From: a virus
Direction: 5' to 3' (one strand)
DNA: 64,000 nt
IMG/VR virus record: IMGVR_UViG_3300033183_000354
Coordinates: 32,001-96,000 of that record
The notes beneath the pieces were generated by a model, which saw nothing but the letters and a program-made list of their open reading frames with translations, did not search any database and had not been told where the DNA came from. Below, piece after piece: positions 37,579-47,538 of the stretch; position 1 is the stretch's first letter, and every line of letters begins with the position of its first letter. The translations under genes and the position numbers were made by a program.

Positions 37579-38266
37579 ATTTGCCAAAATGGCGTCTATT
37601 GCCTATCAAAGTCTAGAAGCTAAAATTTCATATGCAGGATTAGGATACGAAGATTCTATCTATCTAGATAGAGATGGTGCACAATGCCATCTCGTTTGGA
37701 AAGATGACGAAATGGTTGTGTGTTTTAGGGGTACTCAACCAGAAGAATTATCAGATGTTCTTGCAGACTTAAATGCACTTCCTAAAAAGAGTATGACAGA
37801 TGGTTGGGTTCACCGCGGATTTCGTGGAGAACTTGATAAACTTTGGCCAGAAGTAAAAGAATTTATTGAGAAGAATCCTGAAAAATCTCTCTTCATTTGT
37901 GGACATTCACTTGGTGCTGCAATGGCAACCATCTGTACATCTCGTATTGAAGAATTTAGAGATGTTGAAGAACTATACACATACGGATCTCCTCGTGCTG
38001 GGACTCGGTCGTTTGTAAAAGCAATCAGAACAACACACTGGAGGTTTGTAAACAATAATGATATCGTTACAAGAGTTCCTTTGGCTCTCATGGGGTACAA
38101 ACATCATGGCCAGCTTTGTTATATTAACCATTATGGCAAAATTCGGAAAATGACCGTATGGCAAAGGATTAAAGATAAATTTAGAGGATATAGAGACGGA
38201 TTACTTGACGGAGCACAAGACCACTCCATGACAAATTATGTTAATTACACAATTTCGGAGGGTTAA
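37550..38266 (+). CDS. Class 3 lipase
   Basis: FRGT, VHRGF, GHSLGAA, YGSPR, DIVTRVP, HSM..Y. Confidence 0.92.
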   Translation: MELNLEKANKFAKMASIAYQSLEAKISYAGLGYEDSIYLDRDGAQCHLVWKDDEMVVCFRGTQPEELSDVLADLNALPKKSMTDGWVHRGFRGELDKLWPEVKEFIEKNPEKSLFICGHSLGAAMATICTSRIEEFRDVEELYTYGSPRAGTRSFVKAIRTTHWRFVNNNDIVTRVPLALMGYKHHGQLCYINHYGKIRKMTVWQRIKDKFRGYRDGLLDGAQDHSMTNYVNYTISEG

Positions 38267-38737
38267 ATGCAACAGAACGAATACGACGTACACGTCATCA
38301 AAGTCGTGGACGGAGATACTGTAGACGTAGATATTGATCTTGGTTTTGGTATCTGTCTCAAAGACGAAAGAGTACGGATTATGGGTATTGATACACCTGA
38401 GTCTCGTACATCTGATAAAGTTGAAAAACTATTTGGACTTGCAGCAAAGATTAGGCTTTACGAATTACTTGAAAAGAATGCTAAACTTATCACCACCGAA
38501 GATAAGTCTGGTGAAGATATGAAGGGTAAGTTTGGTCGTATCCTTGGTGATTTTAGAGCTGCTGATGGCAGATTAGTCACCGAGATCCTTATCGAAGAAG
38601 GACACTGTGTACCTTATCATGGTGAAAGTAAGGATGATGTTCAAGCCCAACATATGGCTAACAGAGAAAGATTGTTAGCTGAAGGCGTCGTATCTCGTGA
38701 AGAGTATGATGCTGCAGTTAAAGAAATGGAGGACTAA
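38267..38737 (+). CDS. Thermonuclease (SNase) family protein
   Basis: VVDGDT, RIMGIDTPE, GKFGRILG. Confidence 0.9.
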   Translation: MQQNEYDVHVIKVVDGDTVDVDIDLGFGICLKDERVRIMGIDTPESRTSDKVEKLFGLAAKIRLYELLEKNAKLITTEDKSGEDMKGKFGRILGDFRAADGRLVTEILIEEGHCVPYHGESKDDVQAQHMANRERLLAEGVVSREEYDAAVKEMED

Positions 38738-38902
38738 ATGATTAAAAGATGGATTAATGCAAGGATGAGAGAACGCACTACCCTTGATGGCGCTCTTCTT
38801 GTTGCTCTAGGGTTTATGGTATTATTCTTAGCACCACTTGCAAAGATTGCTGCTGGTATTGCAATTGCCTACGGTGCCTGGACAATCTGGAAGTCAGAAT
38901 AA
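38738..38902 (+). CDS. Small two-TM holin-like protein (54 aa, not in track)
   Basis: MIKRWINARMRERTTLDGALLVALG...AYGAWTIWKSE; GGAGG RBS. Confidence 0.55.
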   Translation: MIKRWINARMRERTTLDGALLVALGFMVLFLAPLAKIAAGIAIAYGAWTIWKSE

Positions 38903-39183
38903 TGATCGAGAGAATGTTTGCAGATACATTATGGATATATACAGCTATAGCCGGTTCTCTGTTAGGCGCAGCATTTCTTGCTTACTTTAAAGACACGAGA
39001 GCCGGCTTATGGTGTTATGCTAAGTTAGACCAGACACTTGATTATCTAGTTGAGAGATGGGGATGGACTTGGTTTGAACAACCTACAGACGCATGGAGAA
39101 AGAAGTATCCATACGTCACAAAGAAAATTGATGAACTTGAAAAACGAATTGAGGAATTAGAAAATGAGAGAAAAATTGATTAA
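38902..39183 (+). CDS. Single-TM hypothetical protein
   Basis: N-terminal TM. Confidence 0.7.
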   Translation: MIERMFADTLWIYTAIAGSLLGAAFLAYFKDTRAGLWCYAKLDQTLDYLVERWGWTWFEQPTDAWRKKYPYVTKKIDELEKRIEELENERKID

Positions 39184-39364
39184 AGCATTTATTAGTCATG
39201 CACAAGGACATATCGATAAGCATGTCGCAAACGTAGAAGTATATCTTGCCAATCCTGCTGGTATTGGCGAGCACTCCGATATTATGGAAGCAATCGAGAT
39301 TGAAATGAAGCAGATTGCAGATTATGATGATCAATTAGAAATGATGAAAAAATATTTCTCATAA
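39164..39364 (+). CDS. Conserved small phage protein
   Basis: NPAGIGEHSD. Confidence 0.75.
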   Translation: MREKLIKAFISHAQGHIDKHVANVEVYLANPAGIGEHSDIMEAIEIEMKQIADYDDQLEMMKKYFS

Positions 39365-39449
39365 TATTTGTTAAAATACGGTTTACAAGAACCGCGTTTT
39401 GATATATAATACTATCATATAAAAAAATCATGTCAAAAGAGGTAGTAGA

Positions 39450-41666
39450 ATGGCAACAGCAATTGTTGACACAAGGAAGTTTTTGTCTGAGACGAAATTC
39501 TACGAAGGTTATTCACGTTATGTTGAAGACGAAGGTAGATACGAAACTTGGGACGAGGCAGTCGATCGTGTATTAGAAATGCACGAAGAAAACTATAAAG
39601 AAAAAAATAATGAATTAAAAGAATATTTTGAAGAAGCGAGACAAGCCTATAAAGAACAACGAGTCCTTGGTGCTCAACGTGCTTTGCAATTTGGCGGTGA
39701 ACAATTAATGAAGCATCAGATGCGCATGTACAACTGTACATCTTCTTATGCTGACCGACCAGATTTCTTTGGTGAACTATTCTATATTCTTCTTTGCGGT
39801 GCTGGGGCAGGTTTCTCTGTACAAAAGCATCACATCAAAAAACTACCAAAGATTCAAGCCCGTACTAAACAGGCTAAAGGTTATATCGTAGAAGACTCGA
39901 TTGAAGGTTGGGCGTCTGCACTTGACGTACTTATGTCATCCTACTTTGTAGGCGGTGGTAAACATCCGGATTACGAAGGCCGCCGAGTTTTCTTTGACTT
40001 ATCACAAATTCGTCCAAAGGGTGCTAAGATTTCTGGAGGGTTTAAGGCACCAGGACCTGAAGGATTGCGTCGTTCACTCGACAAGATCGAACATCTACTC
40101 CAAGGTATTGTATTAGACCAAAAAGAACCAGTCTCGATTAAACCAATTAATGTATATGATATTGCTATGCATGCAGCCGATGCAGTTTTGTCTGGTGGTG
40201 TACGTCGTTCAGCAACTATTTGTCTTTTCTCGCCAGACGATGAAGAGATGATGAATGCTAAGACTGGTAACTGGTTTATGGAAAATCCACAAAGAGGTCG
40301 CTCAAATAACTCTGCAGTGATCGTAAGAGATAAGACCACGCCAGAACAGTTTGGTAAGATCATGGAATCTGTCAAACAGTTTGGTGAACCAGGATTTGTC
40401 TTCGTTGAATCAACAGAACATACAACTAATCCATGTGTGGAGATCGGCATGTTCCCACAGATTGGACGTAAATCAGGTTGGCAAGGTTGTAACCTGACTG
40501 AGATCAACGGTGGCATGTGCAATACCGAGGAAGACTTTTATAAGGCATGCCGCGCAGCGTCTATCCTCGGTACCCTACAAGCTGGGTACACAGACTTTAA
40601 GTTCTTGTCTGACACATCAAAGAAAATTTTTGACCGTGAGGCATTGCTTGGAGTTTCAATTACAGGATGGATGAACAATCCGGATATTCTTTTTGATGAG
40701 AAAATTCTCGAAAAAGGAGCAAAGATTGTTAGAGAAGTTAATAAAAAAGTATCATCCATTATTGGTATTAATGCTGCTGCTCGCACTACTTGTGTTAAGC
40801 CAAGCGGTAATGCATCGGTTCTTTTACGAACCGCTTCTGGTATCCATGCAGAACATTCAGGTATGTATATCAGAAACGTGCAAATGAATAAAGAGTCTGA
40901 GATTACTCAGGCAATCATCAATACAAATCCTTATATGGTTGAAGACTCGGTTTGGTCATCAGGTGGTACAGATGTAGTTGTATCATTCCCTATCGTACCA
41001 AAAGAAGGGTCAATCTTTAAAGACGATCTACTTGGCGTTAAACACCTTGAACTCGTAAAGAAAGCCCAAAAACATTGGGTTAATGCTGGCACAAATGAAG
41101 AACTTTGTGCTGATAAAGGCGTTCGTCATAACGTATCAAATACCATCATCGTTGATGATTGGGATGAAGTAGAAAAATATGTTTTCGAAAACAGACATTC
41201 ATTTGCTGGCATTTCATTCCTTGCTATGACTGGTGATAAAGATTACAACCAAGCCCCAAACACCGCAGTTATTACAGCAAAAGAAATGGTAAAGAAATAC
41301 AATGACGCTGCTATCTTTGCTTCTGGCATGGTAGTCGATGCGTTAAAGGTATTTCCTAATCTTTGGGATGCATGTGCTACTGCACAAGGTTATGGTATGG
41401 ACATCTCACTCGAATCTGCAGAAAACTCAGCAAGACAAGATTGGGTACGTCGATTCAATAACTTCGCAGAAAACTATCTTAAAGGTGATATTAAGAAAGC
41501 TGAATACTGCCTTAAGGATGCTTATCTACTTCATAAGTGGAATAAGATTCAAGCTAACCTAAAACCAATGGACTGGCAAGATGACTTAACCGAGAAGAAG
41601 TATACAGATGTTGATACTCTCGGTGCAGCAGCGTGTGCCAGCGGAGCATGTGAGATCGACTTTTAA
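39450..41666 (+). CDS. nrdJ: Class II (B12-dependent) ribonucleotide reductase
   Basis: YNC, GGVRRSA, TNPCVEI, CNLTEI, VKPSGN, C-terminal CASGAC; no beta subunit adjacent. Confidence 0.9.
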   Translation: MATAIVDTRKFLSETKFYEGYSRYVEDEGRYETWDEAVDRVLEMHEENYKEKNNELKEYFEEARQAYKEQRVLGAQRALQFGGEQLMKHQMRMYNCTSSYADRPDFFGELFYILLCGAGAGFSVQKHHIKKLPKIQARTKQAKGYIVEDSIEGWASALDVLMSSYFVGGGKHPDYEGRRVFFDLSQIRPKGAKISGGFKAPGPEGLRRSLDKIEHLLQGIVLDQKEPVSIKPINVYDIAMHAADAVLSGGVRRSATICLFSPDDEEMMNAKTGNWFMENPQRGRSNNSAVIVRDKTTPEQFGKIMESVKQFGEPGFVFVESTEHTTNPCVEIGMFPQIGRKSGWQGCNLTEINGGMCNTEEDFYKACRAASILGTLQAGYTDFKFLSDTSKKIFDREALLGVSITGWMNNPDILFDEKILEKGAKIVREVNKKVSSIIGINAAARTTCVKPSGNASVLLRTASGIHAEHSGMYIRNVQMNKESEITQAIINTNPYMVEDSVWSSGGTDVVVSFPIVPKEGSIFKDDLLGVKHLELVKKAQKHWVNAGTNEELCADKGVRHNVSNTIIVDDWDEVEKYVFENRHSFAGISFLAMTGDKDYNQAPNTAVITAKEMVKKYNDAAIFASGMVVDALKVFPNLWDACATAQGYGMDISLESAENSARQDWVRRFNNFAENYLKGDIKKAEYCLKDAYLLHKWNKIQANLKPMDWQDDLTEKKYTDVDTLGAAACASGACEIDF

Positions 41667-41824
41667 TGAAAGAATATACGGTTGAATGTGAAGAGTGCGA
41701 AAGCGTAACAGACGTTTTTGCATATAGTAAACCAGAATTCTGCCCGTGCTGTGGAAGGCGGGCAGAAGTCGAGTCACGTAGGCTTGATATCGACGACCAG
41801 GAGCTATTGCTCGAGGCCGAATAA
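41666..41824 (+). CDS. Small zinc-ribbon protein (52 aa, not in track)
   Basis: CEEC...CPCCG. Confidence 0.7.
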   Translation: MKEYTVECEECESVTDVFAYSKPEFCPCCGRRAEVESRRLDIDDQELLLEAE

Positions 41825-41832
41825 ATACCTTT

Positions 41833-42234
41833 ATGTGGTATTATGAAGATAAAGAATATAGCGAGACGCCAGAAGAATATCAAGGGTTTGTTTATCAAAT
41901 CACCGAGATCGATACTGGTAAGAAGTATATCGGAAAGAAAAACTTCTGGCGTCCTAAAACCCTCCCTATTACTAAGACAAGAAAACGCCGAGTAAGGACT
42001 CGAGTAGAGTCTGATTGGCATACGTATTATGGATCTAATAAAGAGGTCCAACTCCTTGTCGAAGAAAAAGGCCATAATAATTATCATCGAGAAATCCTTC
42101 GACTTTGTAAGACAAAAGGAGAGATGTCATACTATGAGGCAAAGCTTCAGTTTGAGTATGATGTCTTGCTCTCTGACGAGTATTATAATGAGTTTATCGG
42201 ATGCAAAATACATTCAAAACATATAAAAAAGTAG
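41833..42234 (+). CDS. GIY-YIG endonuclease (T4 EndoII/DenA-like)
   Basis: GFVY...YIGKK...YYGS..E..YYN. Confidence 0.8.
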   Translation: MWYYEDKEYSETPEEYQGFVYQITEIDTGKKYIGKKNFWRPKTLPITKTRKRRVRTRVESDWHTYYGSNKEVQLLVEEKGHNNYHREILRLCKTKGEMSYYEAKLQFEYDVLLSDEYYNEFIGCKIHSKHIKK

Positions 42235-42288
42235 TTTACTTTTATAAAAAAATAGGGTATAATAATCCTAACAATTGAGGAGTAAACT

Positions 42289-42501
42289 ATGACACATTCG
42301 ATTCAACTTGACATCTCAGCAGATTGCCCACATGTCGTTCTTCTTCAAGATACAAAGAACTATGATATTTCTATTAAACTCATTACTTTCATCGGCCCAG
42401 GTGGAGGAAATCCAGTCTATGAGTTTTTTGGCAAATACGAAAATCTCGTTAAATTTTGCAATGAATATGATTTTCCAACAGAATATATCGAAAAGGTTTA
42501 G
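42289..42501 (+). CDS. Hypothetical early protein
   Basis: TTTACT-N17-TATAAT promoter, GAGGAG RBS; GPGGGNP. Confidence 0.7.
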   Translation: MTHSIQLDISADCPHVVLLQDTKNYDISIKLITFIGPGGGNPVYEFFGKYENLVKFCNEYDFPTEYIEKV

Positions 42502-42503
42502 TT

Positions 42504-43355
42504 ATGATTTTAGTTGATTTTTCTGGCATTTGTCTTGCTAGTATCCTTATTAATAAAACACTTGACGAAGGTATGATTCGTCATATGACTCTCAACTCAT
42601 TGCGTATGTATAATAAGAAGTTCCGTGATGACTATGGTCAAATGGTTCTGGCTTGTGATGGTCCTAACAACTGGCGTCGCAATTGTTTTCCACAATATAA
42701 AGCAAGTCGTCGTACTGGTAGAGATAAATCCGACTTTGATTGGAACGAAGCATTTCGTATTATGCATACAATTAAAGATGAGATTCGCGAAAACTTTCCA
42801 TATAAAGTTATTCATCTTGAAGGCTGTGAGGCAGATGATGTTATCGCTACACTTACTGAACATACTCAAGAATTTGGCAACTACGAAGACGTTATGATTG
42901 TATCTTCTGATGGTGATTTCAAACAATTGCAGAAGTATGATAACGTAAAACAGTACTCGCCAATGCTCAAGAAGTTTGTAGTTGATGATAACCCACGTCT
43001 TAATCTTCTCGATAAAATCTTAAAGGGTGATGCCGGTGATGGTATACCTAATGTATTGTCAGATGATAATGTATTTGTAGAAGGTCTCAGACAAACACCT
43101 CTATCAAAGAAAAAGAAAGATGCAATCATCGAAGATCTAGCTGACGCAGATCTATTATATGCTGCTTCATGGTATCGTAACTATTGTCGTAATTCAAGAT
43201 TAATTGATCTTACTCATACGCCAAAAGATCTCAAAGAAAAAATTATAAATACCTATGAAGAGCAAGATCCATGGAATAACAAAGGCAAAGTATTTCCATA
43301 TCTTGTCGCTAATAGAATGAATCGCTTGATTGAAAGTGCAGAGGAATTTATTTAA
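42504..43355 (+). CDS. rnh: T4 RNase H / 5'-3' exonuclease
   Basis: LVDFS, YKASR, EADDVI, SSDGDFKQL, GDAGDGIPN. Confidence 0.95.
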   Translation: MILVDFSGICLASILINKTLDEGMIRHMTLNSLRMYNKKFRDDYGQMVLACDGPNNWRRNCFPQYKASRRTGRDKSDFDWNEAFRIMHTIKDEIRENFPYKVIHLEGCEADDVIATLTEHTQEFGNYEDVMIVSSDGDFKQLQKYDNVKQYSPMLKKFVVDDNPRLNLLDKILKGDAGDGIPNVLSDDNVFVEGLRQTPLSKKKKDAIIEDLADADLLYAASWYRNYCRNSRLIDLTHTPKDLKEKIINTYEEQDPWNNKGKVFPYLVANRMNRLIESAEEFI

Positions 43356-43356
43356 A

Positions 43357-43770
43357 ATGAAACAATATGTACATGAAGTCTTGGAAGAAGTTGCCAAGAA
43401 GCGAAGTAAAGAAGAAAAGATTAAAGTCCTAAAAGAGAATGAATCATGGGCTTTGAAAGACATTATCAAAGGATCAATGGATACACGCATTCATTGGATC
43501 CTTCCTCCAGGTGCTCCGCCATATACGGCGTCAGAGCCACATAATCATCCATCTAATCTCATGAGAGAAAATACAAAGTTTAAATATTTCGCGAAAGGTG
43601 GACCTGGCGAACAATTGCCTGCCTTTAAACGTGAAAATATTTTCATTGGCTTGATCGAAGGCGTGCATCCAAAAGATGCAGAGCTTGTTATTGCTATGAT
43701 TAATAAAGAGACGCCCAAAGGTCTGACAAGGCCGTTGGTAAAGGAGGCTTTTCCCGGCTTAATCGACTGA
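43357..43770 (+). CDS. Conserved T4-like hypothetical protein
   Basis: LPPGAPPY...KRENIFIGLIEGVHP. Confidence 0.75.
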   Translation: MKQYVHEVLEEVAKKRSKEEKIKVLKENESWALKDIIKGSMDTRIHWILPPGAPPYTASEPHNHPSNLMRENTKFKYFAKGGPGEQLPAFKRENIFIGLIEGVHPKDAELVIAMINKETPKGLTRPLVKEAFPGLID

Positions 43771-43800
43771 GGGTAAACATTAACCTCGGAGAAAGTACAC

Positions 43801-43962
43801 ATGGTTTTAGCTCAGCTAGAAAGACTTAAGAAAGACGCAACCGAATTAGAAATCTACGCACGAAAACTCGAAAAGAAAGGGCAAGTAGATCGTATGAAGA
43901 AAATACTCAAAAAGCAAGATTTCTTGAAACGTCGAATCGCTGAGGCCCAATATTCAACTTAA
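43801..43962 (+). CDS. Small basic helical protein (53 aa, not in track)
   Basis: GGAG RBS; MVLAQLERLKKD. Confidence 0.6.
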   Translation: MVLAQLERLKKDATELEIYARKLEKKGQVDRMKKILKKQDFLKRRIAEAQYST

Positions 43963-44041
43963 ACTAAAATATAGGAGTGTACATGCCCCTGTCGATTTGG
44001 TATAATAAGATTATCATTATTCGACAGGGGTATATTATATT

Positions 44042-44617
44042 ATGAATATTTTTATATTAGATAATTGTCCAATTGTTTCTGCTATGTGGCAGTGTGATAA
44101 GCATGTTCCCAAAATGATTGTCGAATCTGCTCAGATGCTATCAACTGCGCACCGTATGCTTGATGGTACTATGGAAAAGCGACCATCAAAGTCTGGTAAG
44201 ACTATGGTCAAGTATTACAAGCTTGACAATCAGTTCGAATCTCTACTATACAAAGCAGTGCATCACAAACATCCATGTACAGTATGGACTATGGAAAGTG
44301 CCGCTAACTATGACTGGCACTATCTACACTTCGCGGCGCTCTGTCAAGAATATACATTCCGCTATGGTAAGATTCACAAGACTGATCGCGAACTACGCGA
44401 AGTACTTGAAACAAAGCCACTGAATATACCATACCGCAACGGTGAAATGACACCTTTCAAACTAGCAATGAAATCGAATCCAGAATGCATTGCACTCGGT
44501 GATCCAGTCAAAGCATACCGTGCATTCTATCAGACCAAACAACATCGCTTCAATATGGTATGGACGAAGCGAAAAAAACCGGAGTGGTTTCAATATGCCG
44601 ACTTATACGCTGCGTAG
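44042..44617 (+). CDS. Pyrimidine-dimer DNA glycosylase (DenV-like family) protein
   Basis: MNIFILD...DKHVPKMIVESAQMLSTAH...HPCTVW...EYTFRYGK.H. Confidence 0.75.
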   Translation: MNIFILDNCPIVSAMWQCDKHVPKMIVESAQMLSTAHRMLDGTMEKRPSKSGKTMVKYYKLDNQFESLLYKAVHHKHPCTVWTMESAANYDWHYLHFAALCQEYTFRYGKIHKTDRELREVLETKPLNIPYRNGEMTPFKLAMKSNPECIALGDPVKAYRAFYQTKQHRFNMVWTKRKKPEWFQYADLYAA

Positions 44618-44828
44618 TCTTAAGAATAATCATGAATGGGATGTCACATGTTCATTCGAAGAACTAAATACTATCATCGATGAGATGGAAGATGTAGTAA
44701 GGGTTATTAAACCTCCAAAGATTGTTACTGGAGTAGGTAACTTACATAGTAAAGTCCCTGATGGGTTTAGAGATAAATTAAAACAAATTAAAAGGGGCTC
44801 TGGTAGAGATAATACAATTAAGATATGA
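44595..44828 (+). CDS. FmdB-like small regulatory protein
   Basis: MPTYT...VPDGFRDKLKQIK. Confidence 0.6.
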   Translation: MPTYTLRSLKNNHEWDVTCSFEELNTIIDEMEDVVRVIKPPKIVTGVGNLHSKVPDGFRDKLKQIKRGSGRDNTIKI

Positions 44829-45016
44829 TTAATGCATTATGGTGGAGAATAAGATTTGCTCTTGCAGTTTCTTGGATACTCCGTGAAAGTTGGTGGCCAC
44901 ATAAGAAATTATATTTGATATTTGGTTGGCAGATATCCGGATATATGTATTTAAAATCTGATGATGCACCATATCAATCAGCTCTTGATGAAATGACTAG
45001 ATGGTATACTGAATGA
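44825..45016 (+). CDS. Small hypothetical protein
   Basis: Coupled ATGA overlaps both sides. Confidence 0.55.
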   Translation: MINALWWRIRFALAVSWILRESWWPHKKLYLIFGWQISGYMYLKSDDAPYQSALDEMTRWYTE

Positions 45017-45690
45017 AGCAATCTGCTGTTAAACTAGATGAACTCTTTGAATATGAGCCTTTAACTGAAAATCAAAAGAAGACCTTTGATGCTTGGGCTG
45101 ATGGAGAAAACTTAGCTCTTGTTGGGTCTGCTGGTACCGGTAAAACATTCTTAGCGATGTACCTTGCGCTCGAGACGATTACAGATAAACAAACACCATA
45201 CGAAAAGATTACTCTTTTTCGTTCTGTCGTACCTACTCGAGATATGGGCTATCTGCCTGGAACAATAGAAGAAAAGAAAGAAGTCTTTGAGACTCCTTAT
45301 AAGAGTATCATTTCAGAGATACTTGGAGGAGATCAGCCATATAAGAGGTTAATTACGACTCATCAGTTTGAGTTCATGACGACTTCTTTTATTCGTGGTT
45401 TAACGATCGATAACTCAATCATCATTGTTGATGAGATGCAAAACTTAAACTTTCATGAACTTGATTCAGTTATGACGCGTATAGGTAATAATTGTAAGAT
45501 CATCTTCTGTGGGGATTATCATCAGTCTGACTTTCGAGAGGGGCCTGAAAGAGAAGGTATCATGAAGTTCATGAGAGCGGTCGAACAGATGAAAAACTTT
45601 ACTGTCGTACAGTTTACTTGGTCAGACATCGTTCGTTCTGATTTTGTACGAGATTATATTATGACAAAAGAGATGTTAGGTATTAGATAA
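45013..45690 (+). CDS. phoH: PhoH family ATPase
   Basis: GSAGTGKT, GYLPG, FIRGLT, VDEMQN, TRIG, GDYHQSD. Confidence 0.95.
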   Translation: MKQSAVKLDELFEYEPLTENQKKTFDAWADGENLALVGSAGTGKTFLAMYLALETITDKQTPYEKITLFRSVVPTRDMGYLPGTIEEKKEVFETPYKSIISEILGGDQPYKRLITTHQFEFMTTSFIRGLTIDNSIIIVDEMQNLNFHELDSVMTRIGNNCKIIFCGDYHQSDFREGPEREGIMKFMRAVEQMKNFTVVQFTWSDIVRSDFVRDYIMTKEMLGIR

Positions 45691-46361
45691 TGGGGTTTAT
45701 ACATGAAACAGTTGATCTTGGATATGATGACTTGGATACTGATACACGCGCAACAGGTAGGACTTATGTTGCTCCTGATGGTAGTCGGTTTCCTAGCATT
45801 ACAACAGTATTAAGTATTATTAATGAAGATGCCATCGCTGCGTGGAGGAAGCGAGTAGGGGAGGAAGAGGCAAATCGTATTGGCAATCGTGCCAGTAACC
45901 GTGGAACTCTAGTCCACTCTATTATTGAAAGGTATCTAAAAAATGAAGACATTGAAGACTATCTCCCACACATTAGACAAAGCCTCGAGAACCTACGTCC
46001 AATTCTTGATCGAAGGATTGGAACGATATATGGTCTTGAGACTGCTCTTTATTCTCATCACTTGGGTCTTGCTGGCCGATGCGATTGTGTTGCTGACTTC
46101 GATGGCGTACCGTCTATTGTAGACTTTAAAACGTCGAAGAGGGTGAAGAAGCACGAGAACATCTCGAACTACTTTGCACAAATGTCTGGGTATGCCGTTA
46201 TGTGGGAAGAACGTACCGGCATACCTATTACCAATACAGTGATAATCATGGACGTCGATGATAATGAACCATTGGTATTCAAAGAGCATCGCGATAACTA
46301 TATCAAGCTGCTTATTGATACGAAAAAAGAATATGATCGTCGGCAACTATTTCACAAGTAG
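45690..46361 (+). CDS. PD-(D/E)XK exonuclease
   Basis: PSITTVL, RGT.VH, AGRCDC, VDFKTS, Q..GY. Confidence 0.88.
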   Translation: MGFIHETVDLGYDDLDTDTRATGRTYVAPDGSRFPSITTVLSIINEDAIAAWRKRVGEEEANRIGNRASNRGTLVHSIIERYLKNEDIEDYLPHIRQSLENLRPILDRRIGTIYGLETALYSHHLGLAGRCDCVADFDGVPSIVDFKTSKRVKKHENISNYFAQMSGYAVMWEERTGIPITNTVIIMDVDDNEPLVFKEHRDNYIKLLIDTKKEYDRRQLFHK

Positions 46362-46377
46362 TTGATTTCAAACAAAA

Positions 46378-46453
46378 ACAAAATGCGTTTTTTTGTTTAC
46401 AAGCTATCTTTTTTATGGTAAGATAGGACCATAATAAAAGAGGAGCTAATATT
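46378..46453 (+). promoter_or_regulatory. Early promoter cassette (near-identical to 55998-56072)
   Basis: AATGCGTTTTTTTGTTTACAAGCT...TAAGAT...AAAAGAGGAG. Confidence 0.75.
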
Positions 46454-46780
46454 ATGGATACATTCACAGTCTATCAAGCCAATCTGGATCGCTTTATCGA
46501 AGATGGTAACTTCATCGACGCAGATAAAGAAAAGCTTTGGTTCGACATTTCACGTGGTAAAGTAACCAACAACGATGTCGTTCGTCATTATTGGCCAGTT
46601 TGCACAATTGAAGCTAAAGATCTTAACGAAGTTTTTCACATCGGTAACGTTGGTCCTGAAGATCGCATTCGTCGTTATAACGACACTAGAATGCATTCGA
46701 TCTCAGTTGGTGATGTTATCAGCAACGTGTTTACCGGTAAACGGTATGTAGTAAAACCATTTGGATTCGAGGAGCTTTAA
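46454..46780 (+). CDS. YodL-like hypothetical early protein
   Basis: LNEVFHIGN...MHSISVGDVI...GF. Confidence 0.65.
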   Translation: MDTFTVYQANLDRFIEDGNFIDADKEKLWFDISRGKVTNNDVVRHYWPVCTIEAKDLNEVFHIGNVGPEDRIRRYNDTRMHSISVGDVISNVFTGKRYVVKPFGFEEL

Positions 46781-46781
46781 T

Positions 46782-47333
46782 ATGACTGTATATCTTGACA
46801 TGGATGGCGTAATCGCCGACTTCTTCGGTGGAGTAGAAAAACTTTACAACGTTGATCATTGGAAATCAATCCAACATCGCGATGGGATCTTTGTAGAACT
46901 CCGTAATACAGACTTCTTTAATACGCTTGGTACATTTAGATTCCATCCTGAAATGGGTATCAATGACAAATTTGGTTATTGCCTTTCGCAACAAATCATT
47001 GATCGCGTAAAAGAAGTCTCAAACGGCGATTGGGGTATTTGCTCTTCACCCCTTCGCGGTGATATCATGAACTCAGCTTACTGGAAACGTGTATGGCTTG
47101 AACGTCATGGATTTATGCCAGAAGTTGAAAAGTGTATCTTCACTAGTAATAAACATAAATACGCAATGAACGATATCATGCGTAAACCAAATATCCTCAT
47201 CGATGATAAACCAGAAAATATTAAACGATGGGAAGAAGCTGGAGGTATCGGTATTCGCTTTCAGTGCAATCAAGACGATATTGAAGAATACCTGTTTATT
47301 GAACTGGAGAAAGCACTTGAAATCGCTCGCTGA
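46782..47333 (+). CDS. HAD 5'(3')-deoxyribonucleotidase
   Basis: YLDMDGVIADF, K..W, LIDD. Confidence 0.88.
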   Translation: MTVYLDMDGVIADFFGGVEKLYNVDHWKSIQHRDGIFVELRNTDFFNTLGTFRFHPEMGINDKFGYCLSQQIIDRVKEVSNGDWGICSSPLRGDIMNSAYWKRVWLERHGFMPEVEKCIFTSNKHKYAMNDIMRKPNILIDDKPENIKRWEEAGGIGIRFQCNQDDIEEYLFIELEKALEIAR

Positions 47334-47538
47334 ACTTATCATGCTCAGACATGAGTTTGAGTTAATTACTTCTAATTATAATATGCCCGAAGGAAGTGAT
47401 ATAAATACACTCGAGTGGTTTATTGAAAACGGACACCGTTCCAATTCGCTTCGTAATGGATTTGATGATGCTAAAGCAATTGCTATCACAATCATTACGG
47501 AGCATAACGAATGGCTGAAGAAGAAAAGAAACGTGTAA
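47317..47538 (+). CDS. Hypothetical protein
   Basis: GGAG RBS with TTG start. Confidence 0.5.
   Translation: MKSLAELIMLRHEFELITSNYNMPEGSDINTLEWFIENGHRSNSLRNGFDDAKAIAITIITEHNEWLKKKRNV

Noticed and set aside
39450-41666. Intron or intein in nrdJ (also checked uvsX, 41, thyX)
   Set aside because: ORFs are continuous and of normal length with no splicing motifs
45690-46361. Cas4/CRISPR system
   Set aside because: Standard T4-like exonuclease next to phoH; no repeat-spacer array seen in the window
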